From the NCBI GenBank assembly GCA_035517655.1, contig DATIYJ010000029.1, positions 18,230 to 82,229 on the forward strand: 64,000 nucleotides of DNA. The letters run 5' to 3'. Below, in pieces: positions 56,159-64,000 of the stretch. Each line of letters begins with the position of its first letter. Positions within the stretch are counted from its first letter, which is position 1. The position numbers and the translations under genes are program-made. The notes beneath the pieces are model-generated. The model worked only from the letters and a program-made list of their open reading frames with translations. It had not been told where the DNA came from and searched no databases. The DNA is from Nitrospiria bacterium. GTDB lineage: Bacteria > Nitrospirota > Nitrospiria > JACQBZ01.

Positions 56159-57535
56159 TTACTGAGCGCAGGGATGCGCACCGGCCTTCCACTGCACCGG
56201 GCCCGCATCCGCATTCTTGAAGGTATACATGTCGGAGCCCGCGACCCAGAAGGCCCCGGCCGGCAGAAGCGCGACCGTGGCCGACGATGACGCGTTCGTG
56301 ACAAAATCGGACATCAACGCGGTCTGATCCGCCGAGATGCCCGGGTCCGAGTAGTTCCTTACGTTCAAGCGTTCCCCGGCCCAGTAGAGGTACATACCGC
56401 AACGGACGTTCATCTTATGATCGGGCAGGGAAGCGTCGTTTGCAAAAAGGCCGTCGAGTTTGATCGGGTACGCAGGAGCCGTAACCACGCTCACGTCGGC
56501 ATCTACGTAGCCGATGCCCCTCGGATGAGCCGGCCGGCCCAAGCCCGCGTTTCCTCTCATGCAGTCCTGGACATCCTGAGTGCTTTGTCCGAAGTAGACT
56601 CCATCGGCCGCGAGGGTCAGATTCGTCGACCCGCTTGGGGTCTCGGTGGCGTCTTTCATGACGGTTTGATCAAGCGCCGCCTTGGAACCGGATCCCGCCG
56701 CGCGAAGACAGAGGGTGATCGGCGAGGTCGCATCCGGAGTGCCGGGCGTGGTCACGTCCGTCACCAGACCGACTTGAGACCAGTCGGTGACGTTCCGGCT
56801 GAAGATCGCCTCGATTTCGGTACGGTTCAAGCCCGTCACGGGCACCAGAACTCCGCCGACGTTTTTCTTGACATGCTCTCCCACGATGAACTGCCACGGC
56901 ACGATCGCCGCCTGGTTGCTGGTCAGCATGCTCTGGTCCAACGGCTTCACGACCGTGGTGATCGGCCCGACTTGGCCGAAGGAACTTCCGGCCACGTCCG
57001 CCGCCCCCATGGTCACCGGAAGATCTCCCGCGACGATCGTATTGCAGCCGGTGTATTCATAATACTGTTTGCCGTCGGCGGCCCGGGTCAAGAGGTTCGG
57101 TCCCGATGTGCAGGTGCTCGCAAGGTGATCCAGATAGTGCATGTACGAATGCGCCGTGTCGGATGTCGGATTCTGAAGTTTCAGGATCCCATCGGAAGAG
57201 CCCGTGGCCGAGTACCGGATGATGGTCGGCACGCCGGCCCGCGATCCGGTCCAGACATGGAGTTTGCCGGATGTGATGACCGGGCTTGCAATGTCACCGT
57301 TTACGTAATGAATCGGAAGATTTGGGGCCTGGTCCAGCAGGTTTAATGGAACCTGCGTCATGAACGGTGTGGCCGCGGAAGATCCGCCGGCATTTAACGC
57401 AACGCACGAGGTGGGTTGCGGTCCTGTACATTGCTCGACCTGGGCCGACGCCGGCGAGGCGTTCATCCAAAGAAGGCCGGCGAGCAAGCCGCCTACAACG
57501 GCCAGTTTGTTCAATTTCATCGGTTTCATCTGCAT
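56159..57535 (-). CDS. Secreted protein with PstS-like (periplasmic phosphate-binding, PBP-like_2) domain, embedded among cargo genes
   Basis: 458 aa. Signal peptide. NAGGSSAATPF and ATGSSDGILKL resemble PstS GSS/GSG phosphate-binding loops. No PEP-CTERM tail. Confidence 0.5.
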   Translation of the reverse strand: MQMKPMKLNKLAVVGGLLAGLLWMNASPASAQVEQCTGPQPTSCVALNAGGSSAATPFMTQVPLNLLDQAPNLPIHYVNGDIASPVITSGKLHVWTGSRAGVPTIIRYSATGSSDGILKLQNPTSDTAHSYMHYLDHLASTCTSGPNLLTRAADGKQYYEYTGCNTIVAGDLPVTMGAADVAGSSFGQVGPITTVVKPLDQSMLTSNQAAIVPWQFIVGEHVKKNVGGVLVPVTGLNRTEIEAIFSRNVTDWSQVGLVTDVTTPGTPDATSPITLCLRAAGSGSKAALDQTVMKDATETPSGSTNLTLAADGVYFGQSTQDVQDCMRGNAGLGRPAHPRGIGYVDADVSVVTAPAYPIKLDGLFANDASLPDHKMNVRCGMYLYWAGERLNVRNYSDPGISADQTALMSDFVTNASSSATVALLPAGAFWVAGSDMYTFKNADAGPVQWKAGAHPCAQ

Positions 57536-57597
57536 TTCTCCTTTTTAGTTTATTGAACCCTTTTTGATGGCTCGTTATGTTTTAATGGTTGAACGTT

Positions 57598-58338
57598 TTA
57601 GACGGACATCAGATTGCGACGGGCCACACCCACCAGCCCGACCAAACCCGTGCCGAACAACACCATGGCGGCCGGGATCGGCACCGGAGCAATCGCATTC
57701 CCGGAGATCGTAAGCAAGCCGCCCGCCGTCAACGTCGCATGTCCCAGCTGGGCGATGGCATCGGAAGAATAATCCGCCGAAATAATGCCCAAAGTGCCCC
57801 CGAGCCCCGTCTGCATGGAGACCGGGAAACTGCCGGCCAGCGTGCCGCTCGTACCGAAATTGCTTGTGAACGAATTGGGGTCCGAAGCGGGAAGAAGCTT
57901 CGAGGAAAGTCCGTCTCCTGAACTGAGCGCGGCCCAAACGGCGTCCGTGTTCCAGGCGTTCTGCGGAGCCACTTGCGACAACTGGGCCGCCGTGTAGGCG
58001 CTGGCGTCCTGGCTCGACCCGGCCACAAGATAGGTCGGATCACCCGTGCTCGGATTATAGTAAAAACCGATCAAGGCCCAAGCCGGAGAATTCGTCCCTT
58101 GTATCGCGGACATGGTGGAAGAATCGATGGTAAAGTTCGTCGACGCTCCCGGTGTGAGCAACGGAGTGGCCGCGCCGATATTGTCGATGAACTCGGTGTT
58201 ATTGCCGAAGACGGCCAAGACCAGGTCGCCGTTATTGATATCAACGGCGAGGGCTTTTCCGTTAAAGCCCGCAACGAACATGACAGCCAAGGTAAAAATC
58301 CCGAGGACTGTTTGTTTCAACTTCGTTTTGTAATTCAT
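57598..58338 (-). CDS. PEP-CTERM-type (VPIP variant) exosortase cargo protein
   Basis: Signal MNYKTKLKQTVLGIFTLAVMFVAG. C-terminus ...IAPVPIPAAMVLFGTGLVGLVGVARRNLMSV. RBS aaggag. Confidence 0.75.
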   Translation of the reverse strand: MNYKTKLKQTVLGIFTLAVMFVAGFNGKALAVDINNGDLVLAVFGNNTEFIDNIGAATPLLTPGASTNFTIDSSTMSAIQGTNSPAWALIGFYYNPSTGDPTYLVAGSSQDASAYTAAQLSQVAPQNAWNTDAVWAALSSGDGLSSKLLPASDPNSFTSNFGTSGTLAGSFPVSMQTGLGGTLGIISADYSSDAIAQLGHATLTAGGLLTISGNAIAPVPIPAAMVLFGTGLVGLVGVARRNLMSV

Positions 58339-58387
58339 TGTCTTCTCCTTATAATAAGGATTACGGTTACGTACCCGGCTCGTCCGA

Positions 58388-58513
58388 AGACGCCCCCCGG
58401 TCGCCTTCCCTTCCGAGCCGCTTCTTCCTCCGGCTGAGCTTCCTTGCTCAACCGGGGCGATTATCTCATCGCAGGCATTAAAAACCGATCAAGATGAAAT
58501 AAAATGAAGTAAA
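58388..58513 (-). promoter_or_regulatory. Structured GGA-rich 5' leader/promoter of cargo gene 57598-58338 (copy 1 of duplicated ~125 bp element)
   Basis: Minus-strand reading: TGAGATAAT (extended -10-like) ... CGCCCCGG-ttgagcaaggaagctcAGCCGgaggaagaagCGGCTcggaagggaaggcga-CCGGGGGGCG, then ~60 nt, RBS and ATG. GGA motifs lie in the loop of the inner hairpin. Confidence 0.5.
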
Positions 58514-58627
58514 GTTTTTATGATTTAATGTTTCCTCCTTTCCGTTTGATTCATGGTTGAGGGTTGCGCAATCGGCACGGTCCGGCGCGGCCGACTTTAC
58601 TGAAACCTTCCGCCGCTTGATAAGGCG

Positions 58628-58753
58628 TCCCCCCGGCCGCCCTCCCTTCCGAGCCGCTTCTTCCTACGGCTGAGCTTCCTTGCTCAACCTGGGCGATTAT
58701 CTCACCGCACGCATTAAGAACGGATCAAGATGAAATAAAATGAAGTAAAACTG
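58628..58753 (-). repeat. Copy 2 of the ~125 bp leader element (~90% identical to 58388-58513), followed by a decayed start (ATG at 58554, 9-codon mini-ORF MNQTERRKH)
   Basis: Direct repeat seen by eye. Downstream ATGAATCAAACGGAA resembles the true cargo start ATGAATTACAAAACGAAG but has no RBS and stops after 9 codons. Confidence 0.6.
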
Positions 58754-59119
58754 TTCCCCGTTTTCTTTGATCAAATATCAGATGAAGCCCGTCTCTCCAT
58801 CGACCCCAATCCGCATCGCGGGGGAACGACTCGGACCCGGCGTCGAAGGAGAGACCGGATGACACGCTTCGCGCGGAAGCGAACAAAGTCTATGACGAAC
58901 AAATTAAAGCCCGGTCAAGATCCGGTTAAATCGGATTCAATTTCCCGGAGGGCCGTAGATGGGAGGAGGACGGAGGATACGGGAGCTTTCAAAAAAGGTC
59001 GACGTCGATCGTTCTCAAATATTACTCTTTTGTAACACGCTCTTGAGATCAAGGTAACAAGACCCTTCTATGCTGTCGGACAAATTACAGGCGATATTCA
59101 ATTCAGAACCGGACACCCC

Positions 59120-59827
59120 ATGCCGAAAAAAGTTCTGATCATCGAAGACGATCCGGACACTTCCAGCCTCGTCGCACATTACCTGAAGCAGGAAGGATAC
59201 TCTGTCGGCACGGCTTCCGATGGAGTGATGGGGCTTAAACAGGTCCGGAAAAACTCTCCGGATCTGTTGATTCTGGACATCATCCTTCCTCACATGGACG
59301 GTTTCGAGGTTTGCAAAAAACTGCGCCAAGACGCGGCCACATCGCGATTGCCCATTTTGATGCTCACCGCCCTGGGCGAGGAATCGGACAAGGTCGTCGG
59401 GCTGGAATTGGGAACGGACGACTATGTCACCAAACCCTTCAGCCCCAAAGAACTCGTGGCCCGCGTCAAGGGACTCTTGCGGCGCTACGAGCACAGGGAG
59501 ATCGGGACCTTGTCGTCCTTCCACAAATACGGGCCCCTCATCTTGGACGAGGCGCGCCAATCGGTCAAGGTAAACGGCCAAGGGGTTCGTCTCACGGCCA
59601 AGGAGTTCGCTCTCTTGGCGCAGCTTTTAAAAAGAAAGGGAAGGGTGCTGACTCGTCAAATGCTTCTCGAAACGGTCTGGGGGTATGAATCTCAAGTGAC
59701 CACCCGAACCATCGAGGTCCATATCTACGGACTCCGACAAAAGATCCCATTCCTGACCAAAGCCATTCAGACCGTCGTGTCTTCCGGATACAAGCTCTTG
59801 GATGAAGGAAATCAGGGAACGGTCTGA
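59120..59827 (+). CDS. OmpR/PhoB-family response regulator (receiver plus winged-helix)
   Basis: 235 aa. KVLIIEDDPD...DLLILDIILPHMDGFEV (receiver Asp). C-terminal trans_reg_C (…TRTIEVHIYGLRQKI…). No histidine kinase adjacent in the window. Confidence 0.85.
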   Translation: MPKKVLIIEDDPDTSSLVAHYLKQEGYSVGTASDGVMGLKQVRKNSPDLLILDIILPHMDGFEVCKKLRQDAATSRLPILMLTALGEESDKVVGLELGTDDYVTKPFSPKELVARVKGLLRRYEHREIGTLSSFHKYGPLILDEARQSVKVNGQGVRLTAKEFALLAQLLKRKGRVLTRQMLLETVWGYESQVTTRTIEVHIYGLRQKIPFLTKAIQTVVSSGYKLLDEGNQGTV

Positions 59828-59919
59828 CGCCGAGGACTTCTCCGGGAGCTTCCTGTGAAGCCCGCTCCGGACCGCTCTCATACAGCCTGTGAGAATGAGT
59901 ACAATCAGGAGGCGGGTCA

Positions 59920-61860
59920 ATGAAGTGCGGCAAAGCGCGTCTTGGGCTGGTGACGAGCATTCTTATTATCGGCGGGACCGCCGTCGTCTTGAATAGCTGC
60001 GGCCACGAAGGGGACGGATCGAGTAGCCGCGGCGGTACGAGTACAACCCCGATCGCCGATGCGGCCGAAGGCAGCGCGGCGGCCGGCTCGGCACAGGCTG
60101 CGGCTTCGGTTGGAACAGGAATTTCAGACCTGGCCGACTCACTCGGCCACTTGGGCGGGAGTTCGCTAGGCCTAGATCTTCCTTCAAAACCGATCAACCC
60201 GCTGACCGCGCCGGACTCCAGCCTGGCCAAAATGGCGACCAAGGCCCGAAAGGCGGCCGCCTCGAAAGTTATCTCCATCGCAGCGACCCGTCTAAAGGCG
60301 GCCGCGACGGGTTTCAAATCGGCGCTGACGGCGGTTTCTCCCGGCGGCGCCTGCGGCGACGGCGGAAGCTGGACGGCCTCCGGCACGGCGGACATAAGCG
60401 GAACGTTTGACGTCGTCGTGACCTTGGCCGGCTGCCGCGAAGACGGCGATCAGATGGACGGCGAGATGCATATAACCGGGAACGCCTCTTCGACCGGCGT
60501 CAACGTAAACGCCGCCCTGGGTGACGATTCCAGTTTACCGACAACCGATCTCGTCATCCTGACCTTTAATGACGCAACTTATTCCAGCCTGGTAGGACGT
60601 TTCAAAACCGCCATGGATCTACAAGACACCTCTCTTTGCGGGGTCGGCTCTTTTACAGACGGCGCCTGCACCGCGGGCTCTTATTCCCTCGCGGCGAGCG
60701 GGACGGCCTCTTATGACGACTATACCCTGACGCCGGTCCAGACGATCAATCTGTCATTGAGCCGTTTTACCGATAGCGGTTCCTTCTCGATGAACACCGG
60801 CTCCACCGCGGAGACGGACACCTACGACGACACCCTGGGAGGGAGGATCGATGAGTCCTGGACCGATCCTACGGACCGTTCGCCTCACGGCGTGACGGTC
60901 GGTTTTTCCAACTTCAACGTCCACGTCGAGGACGACATCGCCCCGTCGGCGCCGCTCGTGTCCCGGAGCTCGGTTAACTCGTTTGATCGTTTCACCTCTT
61001 TCTCCGGAACGGTCTCGATCGATTTTACGCCGGATTCGGATTGTCCCTTTGAAGGGACTTTCAGTCTCGTCACGGACTCGCCGTTGCATCGAACGAGCCC
61101 CGACCGTTGCCCGATAGGCGGCCATCTGACCATAAACGGCCGTACGACGCTTACGTATAACAGCGACGGCAGCGTGGATGTGGCAACGGGAGCCGACACG
61201 ATGCATTATGATTCCTGCCGCGAAATGGACGCCGTCTGCCCATTCGAGGACTTTCAAGCCTCCGGAGGCCGGCTGTCCGGGAGCTACGGGACACCGGTCA
61301 GCGGGAACGGTTTTCTGGTCACGTTGAGTTGGAACGACTTCGACCTCAACGGGTCACCCGGACCGACCGATGCATCGGGAAGCCAAACCAGCGACATGGA
61401 TCTTCATGTGGGTTATTACAGCAACCCCAACCCGACCGCCGGCCCCGCGGAGGCCGAAATATCCTGGGATACGGGCGATAATCTCATGGTGGGCTATAAC
61501 AGCACGCGCTTCGGCGCCGCCACGGCGGTTCTTGATTTCGACGATTCACAGGGGAAGGGTCCGGAACATATCACGGTGACCGGGCTTCCGGCCGGTTACT
61601 ACGTCATCGCCGTTGACAGCTTTGACCTGCATCTGGCCGCGAGCGTCGCGGTCAACACAAGCGTAACGATCGGAGGAAGCATCTACACGTTTCCCCCGCA
61701 TACTTTTACCACGGCGGACCATGACGCGAGCGAACCTTCAACGAGCGTGCCCTCGGCCTGGTACCGTGTGACCGATCTGCAATGCCTATCGGACGGCCAT
61801 TGCACCTTTGTAACGCCGAATCCCGATCTTCAAGTGGAAGACAGCCCTTTCCAATATTAA
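59920..61860 (+). CDS. Large secreted lipoprotein of unknown function (C-terminal beta-sandwich-like region)
   Basis: 646 aa. Signal MKCGKARLGLVTSILIIGGTAVVLNSCG (lipobox). S/T/G/D-rich. Multiple Cys pairs. Confidence 0.6.
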   Translation: MKCGKARLGLVTSILIIGGTAVVLNSCGHEGDGSSSRGGTSTTPIADAAEGSAAAGSAQAAASVGTGISDLADSLGHLGGSSLGLDLPSKPINPLTAPDSSLAKMATKARKAAASKVISIAATRLKAAATGFKSALTAVSPGGACGDGGSWTASGTADISGTFDVVVTLAGCREDGDQMDGEMHITGNASSTGVNVNAALGDDSSLPTTDLVILTFNDATYSSLVGRFKTAMDLQDTSLCGVGSFTDGACTAGSYSLAASGTASYDDYTLTPVQTINLSLSRFTDSGSFSMNTGSTAETDTYDDTLGGRIDESWTDPTDRSPHGVTVGFSNFNVHVEDDIAPSAPLVSRSSVNSFDRFTSFSGTVSIDFTPDSDCPFEGTFSLVTDSPLHRTSPDRCPIGGHLTINGRTTLTYNSDGSVDVATGADTMHYDSCREMDAVCPFEDFQASGGRLSGSYGTPVSGNGFLVTLSWNDFDLNGSPGPTDASGSQTSDMDLHVGYYSNPNPTAGPAEAEISWDTGDNLMVGYNSTRFGAATAVLDFDDSQGKGPEHITVTGLPAGYYVIAVDSFDLHLAASVAVNTSVTIGGSIYTFPPHTFTTADHDASEPSTSVPSAWYRVTDLQCLSDGHCTFVTPNPDLQVEDSPFQY

Positions 61861-62060
61861 CCCGAATCAAAGAGGTGGTCCCGTCGCCGGGCGCCGCGGA
61901 TGGGGAAAAGGGATAAGTTCTCGAAGGGTTTGGGGGCGGAGGGATCGGTTCGCCTGACGGGTCAAGAAGCACAAAAAGAAAATGGAGTAATGGAACAGTA
62001 GACCGCATTGTGAGCAGTGTCCACTCTCCAATGTCCACTGCTCCAATGCTCCAAATTTTT

Positions 62061-62076
62061 GTCCGCCTCGGCGGAC
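62061..62076. terminator. Perfect 7-bp GC hairpin flanked by T- and A-tracts (possible bidirectional terminator between the lipoprotein gene and tRNA)
   Basis: ttttt-GTCCGCC-tc-GGCGGAC-aaaaattt. Confidence 0.35.
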
Positions 62077-62084
62077 AAAAATTT

Positions 62085-62157
62085 AGCGGCGGAGGGATTT
62101 GAACCCCCGGCCAAGAGATTATGATTCTCCTGCTCTACCACTGAGCTACGCCGCCGT
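62085..62157 (-). tRNA. tRNA with CAT anticodon (tRNA-Met elongator, or tRNA-Ile2 read after lysidine modification)
   Basis: Reverse complement reads GGCGGCG-TAGCTCAGTGGTAGAGC-AGGAGAATCATAATCTCTT-GGCC-GGGGGTTCAAATCCCTC-CGCCGCT. Cloverleaf with 7-bp acceptor, D-arm, anticodon loop AT-CAT-AA and T-arm GGTTCAAATCC. CCA is not encoded. Confidence 0.8.
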
Positions 62158-62278
62158 AAGATCGTCGGGTGCTACTCTACCAAGTTTAAAGGCCTATCGT
62201 CAAGAAGAGTGCGGAGAAAATACGAAGAGCGCCGAATCAGCGCTCTTCGCCTAAATGAATTCCTTTAACCGGCGCGGC

Positions 62279-63226
62279 CTATCCCCCGAGCAGCTCCAGC
62301 GTTTCTTTAAGACCCCGGTTCACGCAGGTGAAAATCGGCGTATCGCGCTGGGTGTAGAGCCGTCCCTGGGTTTCGCGGAGATCCATCAGCAGATTGAGGA
62401 AATCCTCCGGTTTGTCCGTCTCAAACGCCAGCGCAAACTCCTGATCGTCCAGCCCGAACGAGTAGGTCGTGTTCAACTTAACCGAGGGATACTTGTTGCC
62501 GACGATGATATGCTCGTCCATCATTCCCTGACGCGTGTGCTTTGTCAAAAGGTACCACTCGGGGGTCTTCACGAACGGATACATAAAGAGGTACTTGGCC
62601 TTGCCGGGGATGATGCGCAAGCGCTGCTCTTCGTGCTCCGGATTGATTTTATCCACGTAGATCGAGCGCTTGGTGATGGCAAGGTACGAATACGGCGTCG
62701 TTAAATAATTCCCAAGCTTTGTGGCGAAAAGCTTGGCGGTGAACTCCTGCATGTACTCGAGCGAGTAACCGATCCGCCACATCATGAAATCCACATCGCC
62801 CCGCGTGCCCATGGTGGAATAGGTCATCACCATGAACTGCTTCCGGTCCTTGGTGTATTCTTCCACGACCTGGCTGAACTCTTTCTTGCCCTGTTCCCGT
62901 TCGGACTGTGGAAGCCGTCTCCAAAGCGGATCGACCTTGTAGAAGAGAAAGCTGACGTATTGCTGGGCCGCCGGGCGTTTCGGCGCCGTCTGGGTTTCTT
63001 CCTGGGCCTGCGCGGCCGGAGCTCCCCCCTGCTCCCGCGCCGACTTGGCTTGAGCCACGACGGACGGATCGATCATGGTAATGCCCCGGCTCTTGGCAAA
63101 TTCCTCCACGCCGCGCATGGCCGATTTTCGCACGATGAACGGCACGTTTTGCATCTGAGCCCGGCCTTCCTCCGTCCATTCCGGCTGAACGGGCGCCGCG
63201 GTCTTGATCTCTTCATGGTCGCTCAT
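62279..63226 (-). CDS. hemQ: Chlorite-dismutase-family protein, HemQ-like coproheme decarboxylase, with ~90 aa N-terminal extension
   Basis: 315 aa. C-terminal ~230 aa carries HemQ hallmarks (YVSFLFYKVDPLWRRLPQSEREQGKKEF, MVMTYSTMG, SFGLDDQEFALAFETDKPEDFLNLLMDLRETQGRLYTQRDTPIFTCV). N-terminal extension is unassigned. Confidence 0.75.
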   Translation of the reverse strand: MSDHEEIKTAAPVQPEWTEEGRAQMQNVPFIVRKSAMRGVEEFAKSRGITMIDPSVVAQAKSAREQGGAPAAQAQEETQTAPKRPAAQQYVSFLFYKVDPLWRRLPQSEREQGKKEFSQVVEEYTKDRKQFMVMTYSTMGTRGDVDFMMWRIGYSLEYMQEFTAKLFATKLGNYLTTPYSYLAITKRSIYVDKINPEHEEQRLRIIPGKAKYLFMYPFVKTPEWYLLTKHTRQGMMDEHIIVGNKYPSVKLNTTYSFGLDDQEFALAFETDKPEDFLNLLMDLRETQGRLYTQRDTPIFTCVNRGLKETLELLGG

Positions 63227-63385
63227 GGAATCCTCCCTTACTCCCTATTGTATGAGTTCAGAATTACAGGAATTCAGAGCAAAAGAACTCTCATATATTA
63301 TAGGATGAGTTAATCCATAAATATACTAATTCGACCCGACTTGTCAATTTTTTTCTGAGTCCGGAATCCGACTAGTCGGGCTTTC

Positions 63386-63414
63386 TTGACAAGGTCCGTC
63401 GAGGATGTTACTAT
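63386..63414 (+). promoter_or_regulatory. Sigma70-type promoter of ileS: TTGACA-N17-TACTAT
   Basis: ttgaca (63386-63391), 17-nt spacer, tactat (63409-63414). About 50 nt upstream of the ileS ATG. Palindromes lie just upstream (cccgactagtcggg at 63367-63380; cttgtcaa/ttgacaag). Confidence 0.55.
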
Positions 63415-63464
63415 CAAAAAATTCCAAACGTTTAGATGAGTTAGCGAATTTAAATCCAAAAATC

Positions 63465-64000
63465 ATGGACTACAAACCGACCCTCAACCTCCCCAAAACC
63501 GATTTTCCCATGAAGGCCAACCTGAGCCAAAAGGAGCCCCAATGTCTGGCCCAATGGTCCGCCTCGGGCGGACGGGACGGGCTTTACGAGCGTCTCCAAG
63601 AGAAAAACCGGGATCGTTCGCGCTACATCCTTCATGACGGCCCGCCGTATGCGAACGGGCGGATCCATATCGGCCATGCCCTCAACAAGATCCTGAAAGA
63701 CTTCGTGGTCAAGTCGAAGGCCATGGAAGGATTTGCGACGCCCTTTGTTCCGGGCTGGGACTGCCACGGACTCCCGATCGAGCACCAGGTCTTAAAAGAT
63801 CTCGGACCGAGAAAACAGGGCATGAGTCAGACCGAGATCCGAAGGCTCTGCCGTGAATACGCACAGAAATACATTGAGATCCAGCGGGACGAATTTAAGC
63901 GGCTCGGCGTACTGGGCGATTGGGAGCATCCCTATCTGACGATGAACCCGGCTTACGAGGCCGCGATCGTCCGCGAATTCGGGAAAGTGGTTGAAACCGG
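63465..64000 (+). CDS. ileS: Isoleucyl-tRNA synthetase, N-terminal part (runs off window end)
   Basis: [31 protein letters not shown]...[29 protein letters not shown] (HIGH motif). No stop before 64000, so it is absent from the ORF track. Confidence 0.9.
   Translation, partial: MDYKPTLNLPKTDFPMKANLSQKEPQCLAQWSASGGRDGLYERLQEKNRDRSRYILHDGPPYANGRIHIGHALNKILKDFVVKSKAMEGFATPFVPGWDCHGLPIEHQVLKDLGPRKQGMSQTEIRRLCREYAQKYIEIQRDEFKRLGVLGDWEHPYLTMNPAYEAAIVREFGKVVET

Noticed and set aside
1-64000. CRISPR arrays, integrases, transposases and rRNA
   Set aside because: No regularly spaced short repeats, no recognisable integrase or transposase motifs (DDE, tyrosine-recombinase R..H..R..Y) and no rRNA-like sequence were seen in any frame.

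Overview
This is a high-GC (~60-65%) bacterial chromosomal window with one tRNA and about 55 protein genes. Overall reading: a heme-biosynthesis and housekeeping region (1-16 kb), then a secretion-related supercluster (16-58 kb, entirely minus strand), then an RR/lipoprotein/tRNA/hemQ/ileS block (59-64 kb). All gene calls rest on hand-recognised motifs, not on searches.

Genes from 5' to 3':
- A secreted lipoprotein carrying two pepsin-like D-T/S-G motifs.
- A phosphoesterase of the PLC/AcpA family.
- A ferrochelatase and a HemY-type oxidase.
- A LemA plus M48 metallopeptidase pair; the peptidase has two C-terminal zinc ribbons.
- A 5'-truncated CARDB-repeat gene abutting a ~0.7 kb low-GC insert.
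- A degenerate HepT/MNT toxin-antitoxin pair. HepT carries an in-frame TAA.
- A dienelactone hydrolase, a thioredoxin-TPR protein and a P-type ATPase.

From 16.0 to 58.3 kb every gene is on the minus strand (~42 kb, ~36 genes). This stretch contains:
- A two-partner-secretion pair (TpsB-TpsA) tightly followed by exbB-exbD-tonB, which is an unusual pairing.
- A complete exosortase/PEP-CTERM-type exopolysaccharide locus directly upstream of the pair. It encodes an ExeA-like ATPase, a BY-kinase, Wzz, Wza, a TPR lipoprotein, a WecA-like priming transferase, an exosortase fused to an EpsI domain, glycosyltransferases, Wzx, AsnB and a Wzy/O-antigen-ligase-like protein.
- Four tandem cargo proteins whose C-terminal sorting signals are VP[LI]P variants of PEP-CTERM.
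- A duplicated ~125 bp GGA-rich structured leader. One copy is the 5' UTR of a cargo gene and the other precedes a decayed start codon.

The window ends with an orphan OmpR-type response regulator, a large lipoprotein, tRNA-CAT, a HemQ-family gene and the start of ileS, which has a textbook sigma70 promoter.
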